Made by a program: the position numbers and the translations under genes. A stretch of 16,232 nt of DNA from Gemmatimonadota bacterium (GTDB taxonomy: Bacteria > Gemmatimonadota > Gemmatimonadetes > Palauibacterales > Palauibacteraceae), in the NCBI GenBank assembly GCA_039588275.1, contig JBDHAC010000075.1, positions 1 to 16,232 on the forward strand. Reading direction: 5' to 3'. Shown here piece after piece: positions 1-7,650 of the stretch. The stretch's first letter is position 1. Each line of letters begins with the position of its first letter. The notes under the pieces are model-generated. The model made no database searches and had not been told where the DNA came from. It was given only the letters and a program-made list of their open reading frames with translations.

Positions 1-1
1 C

Positions 2-613
2 ATCCGCGAACCGATTCGCTCCCGTCTGCTCGTCGAGAAGCTACGCCGCCTGATGCAGATCGGACGTCTCATCGACGCGGCGGCGGAAGACACGATCGCC
101 GGCGGTGCAGGAAGCACATTCGCGCTGGGGGACTTCGTCCGCGTACTCGGAGTCCTGGACTCGCTGGCCGGCCGACTGGGGGTGAAGCTGGGGTTAGCGG
201 TCATCGGACCCACCGACCCGGCTGTCGACCCCGAGCTCCTGGCCATACAGCGCTCGCGGACTCAGGAGCTCGTGTGCCGACACACGCGGGGCTCGGATGT
301 GGCGGCATGGATCGGTGAGGCCGACCTGGCGCTGATCGCATTCGACATGACGGCCGAGGAGATCGACAAGCTGGTTCATCGGCTTTCACGCCTCGATTCG
401 GCCGAGCCCACCGCTACCGAGGGAGCTGGGTTGAGTGCCGGGACGGCAGAGCTGGACCTCGACAGATTCCCCTGGGCCGGTGACCCGGGGATGGCCCGGG
501 CGGCCGATCGCGCGGAGCGGATCGCGGCGCTCGCTCGGATCGCGGAGGCGCAGGCCGCGCTTCGGAGCGCCCGCCAGGCTGGAGGCGGCATTCGGGCCGC
601 AGAAACACATTGA
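2..613 (+). CDS. 5'-truncated signalling protein: receiver-domain-like C-terminal end followed by a degenerate GGDEF domain (putative c-di-GMP receptor)
   Basis: The frame is open from base 2 (IREPIRSRLLVEKLRRLMQ..., resembling the beta5-alpha5 end of a REC domain). RGSD-VAAWI-GEADL aligns with RxxD-x5-GGDEF. The C-terminal AQAALRSARQAGGG resembles the GGDEF ending ADxALYxAKxxG. The stop overlaps the next gene's TTG (TTGA). Confidence 0.62.
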   Translation: MREPIRSRLLVEKLRRLMQIGRLIDAAAEDTIAGGAGSTFALGDFVRVLGVLDSLAGRLGVKLGLAVIGPTDPAVDPELLAIQRSRTQELVCRHTRGSDVAAWIGEADLALIAFDMTAEEIDKLVHRLSRLDSAEPTATEGAGLSAGTAELDLDRFPWAGDPGMARAADRAERIAALARIAEAQAALRSARQAGGGIRAAETH

Positions 614-1119
614 GCCAGGAGACGCCCGCCAGCGTGGTCGTGACCCGCGACTCCAAGCGCGGTGTGGAGCGAGCGCGGACCGCCGCCAAGATCCCGATCG
701 TCCTCGGGACCGCGTTCCTCCTCGTGGGGCTGGTCGACCTCGCTTTGCTGTGGATTCCGGTCCGACTCGATAGCGTCGCGTGGGAATTCGCAACGATTGG
801 CCGGACCCTCGATGCACTTCCGATGCCGGTTCTGGGCCTGGGGCTCGTCGCGTATGGTGCCGTTCGGCACCCGCGAGTGGGAGTCGGCGGCATGCGTGGT
901 CTCGCCTGGGTGTTGGCGGCGGTGGCCCTGGTTCTGATCGCGCTCGGCGTTCTGTTTACGACACTGGCCCCGGCCGTGGTCGCGCAGACACCGGCGGAGG
1001 CGCTCGAAGGACTGCACCGCGCCGTGATCCGACACGCGGTGCAATCGGTCGTCTACCCCGTTGCGCTTCTCGTGCTCGCCGTGCTGGCCTGGCGAAGCAA
1101 GCGTTCGCAGCCGCTCTGA
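610..1119 (+). CDS. 4-TM membrane protein, HpsJ-like (exosortase-associated)
   Basis: 169 aa with four hydrophobic segments. The motif LVDLALLWIPVRLDSVAWEFATIGRTLDALPMPVLGLGLV resembles, from memory, the cyanobacterial HpsJ-family pattern (D..IFIPP.F.NP.WEFQT.G.LVE..PVPLLGL.LV). Translationally coupled to the upstream gene. Confidence 0.7.
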   Translation: MSQETPASVVVTRDSKRGVERARTAAKIPIVLGTAFLLVGLVDLALLWIPVRLDSVAWEFATIGRTLDALPMPVLGLGLVAYGAVRHPRVGVGGMRGLAWVLAAVALVLIALGVLFTTLAPAVVAQTPAEALEGLHRAVIRHAVQSVVYPVALLVLAVLAWRSKRSQPL

Positions 1120-1127
1120 ACGACGCG

Positions 1128-2021
1128 ATGAGTACCGGGGCTATCCCCGCAACCGGCGGTCACGCTCGATCGCCCGACGCTCGGCGGAGAAGGCGTGGAG
1201 ACGCGGAGTCGCGAGTGCGCCGCGCTGCGGTCGTCGCGATGGTTGCTGGCAGCTTTCTGCTCTTGTTCGGCTCCACGATCCTCGAGCTGTTCGGGGACTG
1301 GGTTGGGAGCGCCGAATACGGGCACGGCTTTCTCCTGCTGCCGATTGCAGGCTATCTGGCATGGCGTTCACGCGTGAACGAGGCAGTGCCGAGTCCGGGG
1401 CTCGGGCTCGCCCTGCTCGCGGGCGGCGTCCTCCTGTTCCTCGTGGGAAGCGTCGCAGCGGAGTTCTTCACGCGTCGCTTCGCCGTCCTCATTGGCCTGG
1501 CCGGCATCGTGACCTACTATCGCGGCTGGATGCAGCTGCGGGCTTGGTGGCTACCCTTCACACTCGCCGCGTTCACGATCCCGCTTCCGGAAGTGATACT
1601 CAACTCGCTCACTCTCCCGCTGCAGCTGCTGGCGTCTCGGATCGCGGTCGGGGTGCTCGAGTTTCGGCATGTACCCGTCGCGCTCTCCGGAAACATCATC
1701 CTGCTTCCCGGGCAGGAGTTGTTCGTAGCGGAGGCGTGTAGCGGTCTCCGCTCTCTGTCGGCGCTACTGGGTCTCACGCTTCTGATCGGCGGAACCGCGC
1801 TAGAGACGGCTCCGACGCGAGTCGTGTTGTTATTGCTCGCAGTGCCGGCCGCGATCGCGGCGAACGCTCTGCGCGTCTTCGGTACCGGGTTTGCCGCCTA
1901 TTACATCGGACCGGAAGTCGCGGAGGGCCCGCTCCACACCGTGTTCGGCGGACTGGTATTCCTCCTACCGCTGGGCCTGGTTGGACTCCTGACCCTGTTC
2001 TTCCGCCGGATCGAGACATGA
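1128..2021 (+). CDS. xrt: Exosortase (EpsH/Xrt family transpeptidase)
   Basis: Multi-TM protein with W...EYGHGFL, IPLP, LPLQLLAS, GNII.LP, catalytic VAEACSGLRSL (Cys), NALRV (Arg) and GPLHTVFG (His). Start taken at ATG 1128, just after the upstream stop; the ORF-track start at 780 overlaps the previous gene. Confidence 0.93.
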   Translation: MSTGAIPATGGHARSPDARRRRRGDAESRVRRAAVVAMVAGSFLLLFGSTILELFGDWVGSAEYGHGFLLLPIAGYLAWRSRVNEAVPSPGLGLALLAGGVLLFLVGSVAAEFFTRRFAVLIGLAGIVTYYRGWMQLRAWWLPFTLAAFTIPLPEVILNSLTLPLQLLASRIAVGVLEFRHVPVALSGNIILLPGQELFVAEACSGLRSLSALLGLTLLIGGTALETAPTRVVLLLLAVPAAIAANALRVFGTGFAAYYIGPEVAEGPLHTVFGGLVFLLPLGLVGLLTLFFRRIET

Positions 2022-2725
2022 CGGCGCGCGGGGACCGAGAGATGACGACGGAGACGACGACGGGGACGACTGCGACGAGACGATCGATCTTCCGTCCCCT
2101 CTGGCCGATCGTCGTCTTGGCGCTGGGCGTAGCCGGCCGCTTTGCGGTCCAGCCGGACGACAGCCGGACTACATCCGTCCCGCTGTCCGCGTTCCCTGAT
2201 GCAGTGGCCGGGTTCGAGCTGCAAGAGGAGGAGAATCTGAGGGGGGACGAGCTGACCGTGCTGCGTCCGGACGACTACCTGCTGCGCTCCTACCAGGATA
2301 CGCGCGGCCGGGCCATGAGCCTGTTCGTGGCCTTCTACGGCCAGCAGACGAGCGGAGCGAGCATCCACTCTCCGCGGAACTGTCTACCGGGCTCGGGTTG
2401 GGAGCCGCTCAGACATGACCGGATCCGCACGCCGACCGTGTACGGAATGAGCCAGGTGAACCGATACCTGGTCGAGCACGGATCGGGGGCGAGAGCTCTC
2501 GTCTATTACTGGTATCAAGGGCGGGGCCGGGTGGCGGCCAACGAGTACACGGTGAAGCTGGACCTGTTGAGAGACGCCCTCTTCCGCGGGCGAACCGATG
2601 AGGCTCTCGTTCGGCTCGTGCTCCCGGTCGACGCCCAGGCCGAGGGGTTGGCTCGCGCCGACGCGATCGCAGCCACAACCGTTCGAGAGGTGATCCGCCT
2701 GCTGGCGGCTCACGTACCCGCCTGA
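2018..2725 (+). CDS. epsI: EpsI family protein (exosortase-associated periplasmic domain)
   Basis: N-terminal TM segment, then L.PDDYLLRSY, LFVAFY..Q, IHSPRNCLPGSGW, LVYYWYQGRGR..ANEY..K and RTDEALVRL, typical of EpsI. ATGA overlap with the exosortase; alternative ATG at 2042. Confidence 0.9.
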   Translation: MTARGDREMTTETTTGTTATRRSIFRPLWPIVVLALGVAGRFAVQPDDSRTTSVPLSAFPDAVAGFELQEEENLRGDELTVLRPDDYLLRSYQDTRGRAMSLFVAFYGQQTSGASIHSPRNCLPGSGWEPLRHDRIRTPTVYGMSQVNRYLVEHGSGARALVYYWYQGRGRVAANEYTVKLDLLRDALFRGRTDEALVRLVLPVDAQAEGLARADAIAATTVREVIRLLAAHVPA

Positions 2726-2745
2726 TCCCCGGCGCACGTGGCCCG

Positions 2746-3342
2746 GTGACCGATCGCGGCCCGCTGACGTTGAGAGGCATTGCGCGCGCCATCCGGTACA
2801 CACCGGACCGCCTCCTGCACCCGCTGAGGCGTCGCGCCGCCCGGAAGCGTGCGCGCGAGTGGGGTGGGGATCGTCTCGTCGTCTTGTGTCACGGAAACAT
2901 TTGCCGCAGCCCGTTCGCCGCGGTGATCCTCCGCCGTCAGCTGCAGGGCGAGGTCCGTCGCCCCGGGGTCGAGTACCTGGCGGTCGAGTCGAGGGGATTC
3001 ATCCTTCCCGGCCGGCCACCGCCGCCCTATGCCCTGGAGGTGGCGGCGGCGAGAGGCCTCGATCTCTCGGCGCACCGCTCGAGGCTGATCGACGAGGGGC
3101 TGCTGGACGGTTCCGAGCTCCTTCTCGTGATGGAGGCCCGACAACGGATCGAGCTCCGGAGCATGTTCAGCTCGTTCGATGGCCCGATCTTGCTGCTCGG
3201 CGATCTCGATCCGGGGCGTATCCGTCGACGCGCGATTCTGGACCCGATCGATCGGCCGCGCGCCGACTTCGAGTGCGTGTTCGACCGAATTCAGGCTTGC
3301 TGCCGCGAGCTGGTCGATTGCCTGGTCGTGGCCACATCCTAG
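2746..3342 (+). CDS. Low-molecular-weight protein-tyrosine phosphatase (Wzb/LMWPc family)
   Basis: P-loop VLCHGNICRSPFA (CX5RS), SRG, GLDLSAHRSR, LLLVME and the general-acid DP loop (ILDP). The stop overlaps the convergent gene's stop at CTAG 3339-3342. Confidence 0.9.
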   Translation: MTDRGPLTLRGIARAIRYTPDRLLHPLRRRAARKRAREWGGDRLVVLCHGNICRSPFAAVILRRQLQGEVRRPGVEYLAVESRGFILPGRPPPPYALEVAAARGLDLSAHRSRLIDEGLLDGSELLLVMEARQRIELRSMFSSFDGPILLLGDLDPGRIRRRAILDPIDRPRADFECVFDRIQACCRELVDCLVVATS

Positions 3343-4538
3343 GGACGACCTCGCACGCCGCGACCCGGCCGCCACCGCACGAAGTCGAGCAGTCTTCCGG
3401 CGGCGACGCCGACTGCCGCGGTGGCGTACAGGTAGGCCGGTGTCGGCAACAGGTCGGTGAGCGGTGGGATCAAGATCATGAGCGCGGCTCCGACCGCCGC
3501 CACACACACGAGTCCACGGGGACGCCGGGCCCACAGACCGGCGGGCACGAACAGCAACAAGACCCAACAGGTATCGAGCACTGTCCGCACGGTTTCCCCC
3601 AGGCCCTCGGGATAGAGCAGCAGGGCCCAACCGCGCCCGAGTGTCAGACCGAGACCGCAGCGTGTGTCGCTCCCCGTCGCGGAGCGCCAGCTCACACAGG
3701 TTCCCCGTCCACCTGCAGAGTCCCGCTCCACGCGAATCCACAGACGCCCATTCCCTCCCTCGCCAAACAGGTCGGGGACGCGGATGTCGGGCACATCGAG
3801 CCGGAACGACGAAGCCCGGCGTTCCACCCGGTACACCAGGTCGTCCTCGTCACGGCCGAGGAGAACGACCTCGCGCTGTCGATCGTCGTAGATGGCGAAC
3901 AATCCCCCGAGGCCACGCACGGGCTCGGACGAACCGACGACAACCACCAAGGGGCTGCCGCGCCTCAGCCGGGCGAGGATGGCGCCCGAGTCGCTCGCGC
4001 GTCCGTCCGGAACGAGGACGCCGTCCAGCCGAACGTCCTCGACGTGGGCCTCGATCGGCGCCAGGTGAGCGAGATCGGGAACCCACAACGCGAAGTATTG
4101 GCCGGGCTTCAGATCCGGGACCAGAGCCCACCCGCCGAGTGCGATCGCCGCGACACCCGCCAGGCTCGCGACCGAGGGGACGGTCCTGCTCGAGGGGGCA
4201 GCTCCTGCAGCGCTCCACCCGAACCGGCGCGCGCGCGCGGCGATCGCGCTCCCGACCATTCCTCCCACCGCGTTGAAGACGAGATCGCCGGGGCTCCCGT
4301 CCCGACCCGGGAGGAAGACCTGGATCGACTCGACACCCGCAGAGAGCAGCACGCACGCGGCGATCGCACGGGCCTGCGTGCCGAGACCGACCCCGGCCAA
4401 CCACCCAAGAGGGATGAAGAACAGCACGTTCAGGATGGCGTCGGCCAGGCCCCGCTGGCCACAGATGAGACACACGCCGGTGGATGTGGGCGCCTCGGTG
4501 TGTGAAGGAGTGAGCGTGACGACGAGGATCAGCGCCAC
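3339..4538 (-). CDS. VanZ family membrane protein with a large extracytoplasmic insert and C-terminal TM helices
   Basis: TLTP...CLICG..GLADAILNVLFFIPLG...LSAGVESIQVFLPGRDGSPGDLVFNAVGG matches the VanZ signature. The true start may be upstream (see finding at 4539-4590). Confidence 0.82.
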   Translation of the reverse strand: MALILVVTLTPSHTEAPTSTGVCLICGQRGLADAILNVLFFIPLGWLAGVGLGTQARAIAACVLLSAGVESIQVFLPGRDGSPGDLVFNAVGGMVGSAIAARARRFGWSAAGAAPSSRTVPSVASLAGVAAIALGGWALVPDLKPGQYFALWVPDLAHLAPIEAHVEDVRLDGVLVPDGRASDSGAILARLRRGSPLVVVVGSSEPVRGLGGLFAIYDDRQREVVLLGRDEDDLVYRVERRASSFRLDVPDIRVPDLFGEGGNGRLWIRVERDSAGGRGTCVSWRSATGSDTRCGLGLTLGRGWALLLYPEGLGETVRTVLDTCWVLLLFVPAGLWARRPRGLVCVAAVGAALMILIPPLTDLLPTPAYLYATAAVGVAAGRLLDFVRWRPGRGVRGRP

Positions 4539-4705
4539 GTATACGGCGAGGAGCCCACGTGAGGGCCACTCGCCGGCCGTCGGACTCCACGTACGGGGAC
4601 GGAGCCTGTGGTACGGGTGCGACAGGCCGCCGACACGGGCCTTTCAGACTCGGCCCACGTGACGCATTGTTTATGTGCGAAGGGTCCCCTGAGCCTCGTG
4701 CGCTC

Positions 4706-4720
4706 CGGCACGGCCATTGC
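4706..4720 (+). promoter_or_regulatory. Putative sigma54 (-24/-12) promoter for the GT2-GT2-deacetylase-GT-C operon
   Basis: CGGCACGGCCATTGC matches YGGCACG-N4-TTGC with exact GG-N10-GC spacing, 15 nt before ATG 4736. Confidence 0.7.
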
Positions 4721-4735
4721 CTGTAGTCCGGTCAT

Positions 4736-5680
4736 ATGACGAAAAAGCCGCGGGTCAGCGTCGTTTGTCCGTTGTTCGACGAAGAAGATAACGTCGTGCC
4801 GTTGGCGGAAGCAGTCATCCGCTCCCTGCCCGCGCACGAGTCGTGGGAGCTCATCCTCGTGGATGATGGCAGCGCCGACGCGACGTACGCCCGGGCGCGA
4901 CAGGTGGTGGAACGCGACCCCCGCATCCGTGTGTTTCGACTTGCCCGCAACTACGGGCAATCGACCGCCACGCAGGCCGGGTTCGACCAGGCGCGAGGCG
5001 ACATCATCGTGACGATGGATGGAGACCTCCAGAACGATCCGGGGGACATTCCCAGACTGATCGACAAGCTGGAGGAAGGGTACGATCTGGTCGCCGGTTA
5101 CCGGGAGCATCGCCGCGACCGGTGGCTGACTCGGAAAGTCCCTTCGAAGGTGGCAAATGTGCTGATCCGCTGGCTGACAGGGGTCCCGATACGGGACAAC
5201 GGTTGCTCGCTCAAGGCGTACCGGTGTGGGCTGGTGCGCCGGATCGGGCTGTATTCCGAGATGCACCGGTTCATTCCCGCCCTCGCGGTGGGCATCACCG
5301 GTGCGCGGACGGCCGAGCTCCCGGTGCGACACTACCCGAGGCGATACGGTCGGACCAAGTACGGCCTGTCGCGCGTCTGGAAGGTGCTCTCGGACCTGCT
5401 GATCGTGATCATGATTCGTTGGTTCCGGGATCAGCCGCTCCACATGTTCGCGTTGGGTGCCCTCGGCGCGTTGGTGGCCGCTTCGGTGTTCCTGGTCGGT
5501 GCCGTCCTAGCGTCTCTCATGGCGGGTCCGAGCCCAGACTCGATCGTCCTCCCCAGCGCCGCGATCGTCTTCGTCGGGCTGGCGCTGTACCTCATCATGG
5601 TGGGTTTGATCGCGGAGGTGGCCCTGCGCCAGGTCTCCTCCTGGGCGCCGAGCTCCGCGGAAAGGGCCTCGGTTCCATGA
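4736..5680 (+). CDS. Glycosyltransferase family 2, polyprenyl-phosphate glycosyltransferase (ArnC/GtrB-like)
   Basis: SVVCPLFDEE, ILVDDGSAD, RNYGQSTA, VTMDGDLQNDP, D.GCSLKAYR, MHRFIP, H.PR..G.TKY and two C-terminal TM helices. Confidence 0.93.
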   Translation: MTKKPRVSVVCPLFDEEDNVVPLAEAVIRSLPAHESWELILVDDGSADATYARARQVVERDPRIRVFRLARNYGQSTATQAGFDQARGDIIVTMDGDLQNDPGDIPRLIDKLEEGYDLVAGYREHRRDRWLTRKVPSKVANVLIRWLTGVPIRDNGCSLKAYRCGLVRRIGLYSEMHRFIPALAVGITGARTAELPVRHYPRRYGRTKYGLSRVWKVLSDLLIVIMIRWFRDQPLHMFALGALGALVAASVFLVGAVLASLMAGPSPDSIVLPSAAIVFVGLALYLIMVGLIAEVALRQVSSWAPSSAERASVP

Positions 5681-6693
5681 GCCGGTCCCTGGTGCGGGAG
5701 ATCCCGCTCACAGCCCGCGCGGTCCCGCCGCCGGAAGCCGAGCCGGCGGAGGACATCTACCTCACGGTGATCGTGCGGGTCACCGAACGGCCCGCGCCCC
5801 TCGACGACCTGTACCGAGAGTATGCGGCACCGATACGAGAACTGGAGCAGCCGTTCGAGTTCCTGTTCGCGATCGAGCCTTGGGCGCGCGATCTCGTTCA
5901 GCCGCTGTACGAGCTCGCAGACGATGGCGAGCCGATTCGCATTCTGGAGTCGGCTCGGTCGGTCGGGGAAGCCGGTCTGCTTCGTGTGGCCAGCGAGCGC
6001 AGCCGAGGGGGTATCGTCCTCACGATGCCCGCGTATCAACGCGTCCAGCCCCAGGCGCTGCCCGAACTGATCGCCAGAATCGAGGGTGGAGAGGACATGG
6101 CCGTGGCCCGTCGCTGGCCGCGCAGCGACAGGGTCGTAAACCGGTTGCAGAGCAGGGCGTTCAACTTCTTGCTCCGCAAGCTGGTCGGGCAGGTCACGCA
6201 CGATGTCGCATGCGGCGTTCAGGCCATGCGGCGGGATGTCCTTGCGGGAACCCCCATGTACGGCGACTTCTACCGCTTCCTCCCCGTACTGGCGGTCCGC
6301 GAGGGGTTCCGGGTCGTGGAGGTGGATGCCCCCCAGCACCCGCGCGATCGCCGGACCCGTATCTACAGTCCAGGCACTTATTTGCGGCGACTGATCGATA
6401 TTCTCGGACTGTTCTTCCTGGTCCGCTTCACCGAGAAGCCGCTCCGTTTTTTCGGGCTTGTGGGGATGGGGCTCTCACTCGGTGGCCTGATCGTGCTGGG
6501 CATTCTGTTCGTCCAGAGACAGTTCGAACAGCAACCGATCGCGAACCGTCCAATGCTTCTCGTAGGAGTCACCGCGTTGACCGTGGGCGTGCAGGCGATC
6601 GCGCTGGGGTTGATCGGGGAGATCATCGTTCACCTCAATGCGGCCAGAGGCGCCCGCTATCGATTGCTGGATGATGACCCGGAGCAGTCGTGA
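5677..6693 (+). CDS. ArnC/GtrB-like GT2 paralog lacking the DDGS and DxD motifs (probable pseudo-enzyme)
   Basis: Colinear with the upstream GT2 (D.ACG, YRFLPVLA, KPLRFFG, GLIGE, 2 TMs), but VDDGS is replaced by AIEPW and TMDGDLQ by TMPAYQR. ATG 5677 overlaps the upstream TGA (ATGA); the ORF-track start at 5122 is only an open-frame extension. Confidence 0.85.
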   Translation: MSRSLVREIPLTARAVPPPEAEPAEDIYLTVIVRVTERPAPLDDLYREYAAPIRELEQPFEFLFAIEPWARDLVQPLYELADDGEPIRILESARSVGEAGLLRVASERSRGGIVLTMPAYQRVQPQALPELIARIEGGEDMAVARRWPRSDRVVNRLQSRAFNFLLRKLVGQVTHDVACGVQAMRRDVLAGTPMYGDFYRFLPVLAVREGFRVVEVDAPQHPRDRRTRIYSPGTYLRRLIDILGLFFLVRFTEKPLRFFGLVGMGLSLGGLIVLGILFVQRQFEQQPIANRPMLLVGVTALTVGVQAIALGLIGEIIVHLNAARGARYRLLDDDPEQS

Positions 6694-7622
6694 GCGACGC
6701 CAAGCGGCCGGACCGCCGGCACGTATTCACGGTAGACCTCGAAGAGTACTTCCAGGTGAGCCTGTTCGAAGGGGTCACGTCGCGCGCGGAGTGGGATTCA
6801 CTTCCGAGCCGTGTCGAGCGAAACGCCGATCGGCTGCTCGAGCTCCTCGATCGCCACGACACCTTCGCGACCTTCTTCGCCCTCGGTTGGATCGCCGATC
6901 GCCACCCGAACCTGATCCGAACGATCGCCTCGGCGGGCCACGAGATCGCCTCGCACGGCTGGTGGCATCGACGGGTGCGCGAGTTGGGGCGAGAGGAGTT
7001 TCGAGCCGAGCTGCGGGACTCGAAGGCGATCCTCGAAGACCTGACCGGTGGCCGCGTTCTCGGCTTCCGGGCTCCCAGCTTCTCGATCGTGCGCGGTTCG
7101 GAGTGGGCTTTCGATGTGCTGCTGGAGGAGGGCTACTGGTACGATTCGAGCCTCTTCCCGATCCGGCGTCGAGGGTATGGGTATCCCGGAGCCACCCCGA
7201 CGCCGCACGTGATCGAACGGCCGGCGGGGAGGCTGCTGGAGCTGCCGCTTGCGACGACGCGACTGCTGAGATTCCGGGCACCGGCCGCTGGAGGGGCGTA
7301 CCTGCGCCTGTTGCCGTTCGCTCTGATCTGCCGCGCGTTGAGCGAGCACGAGCGTGCTGGGGAAAGCGCGGTCATCTACGTGCACCCCTGGGAGTTGGAT
7401 CCGGACCAGCCTCGCATGCCCCTGTCAGGACTCGCACGCTTGCGCCACTACCACGGCCTGGAGAACACGCTGGGGTTGCTCGAACGCCTCCTCGAGGAGT
7501 TCCGCTTTACATCGGTGGCCCGGCGTTACTTCAGCTGGCCGAGTCTGGAAGCGGACGCGTCCCGTCGCGCCTCGTCAGCCGAGCTGCGCCGACGCGTCGG
7601 ATTGTCGCTGGGCGGCGCCTAG
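6690..7622 (+). CDS. Polysaccharide deacetylase, PEP-CTERM/XrtA-locus subfamily (CE4 plus DUF3473-type C-terminus)
   Basis: FTVDLEEYFQV, ATFFALGW, HEIASHGWWH (HxxxH), GFRAPSFS, YDSS, GGAYLRLLP and YVHPWELDPDQPR. GTGA overlap with the upstream gene. Confidence 0.92.
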   Translation: MSDAKRPDRRHVFTVDLEEYFQVSLFEGVTSRAEWDSLPSRVERNADRLLELLDRHDTFATFFALGWIADRHPNLIRTIASAGHEIASHGWWHRRVRELGREEFRAELRDSKAILEDLTGGRVLGFRAPSFSIVRGSEWAFDVLLEEGYWYDSSLFPIRRRGYGYPGATPTPHVIERPAGRLLELPLATTRLLRFRAPAAGGAYLRLLPFALICRALSEHERAGESAVIYVHPWELDPDQPRMPLSGLARLRHYHGLENTLGLLERLLEEFRFTSVARRYFSWPSLEADASRRASSAELRRRVGLSLGGA

Positions 7623-7650
7623 GCCGAGACGAGCGACCCCGGACGGTGAA

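Noticed and set aside
780..1127. N-terminal extension of the exosortase in the ORF track
   Set aside because: Overlaps the HpsJ-like gene out of frame and has Arg/Gly-rich junk composition; ATG 1128 is the better start.
2042..2083. GACGAC-rich repeat at the EpsI N-terminus
   Set aside because: Simple Thr-codon low complexity (TTETTTGTTAT), not a structured repeat.
2859..4505. 548-aa plus-strand ORF
   Set aside because: Overlaps the LMW-PTP out of frame and the VanZ gene antisense; no recognisable domain.
5122..5676. N-terminal extension of the second GT2 (523-aa ORF)
   Set aside because: Lies inside the first GT2 in another frame; ATGA coupling at 5677 marks the likely start.
7354..7650. 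Upstream extension of the first GT-C ORF (similarly 11142-11294 for the second)
   Set aside because: Overlaps the deacetylase or the promoter region; better starts exist at 7651 and 11141.
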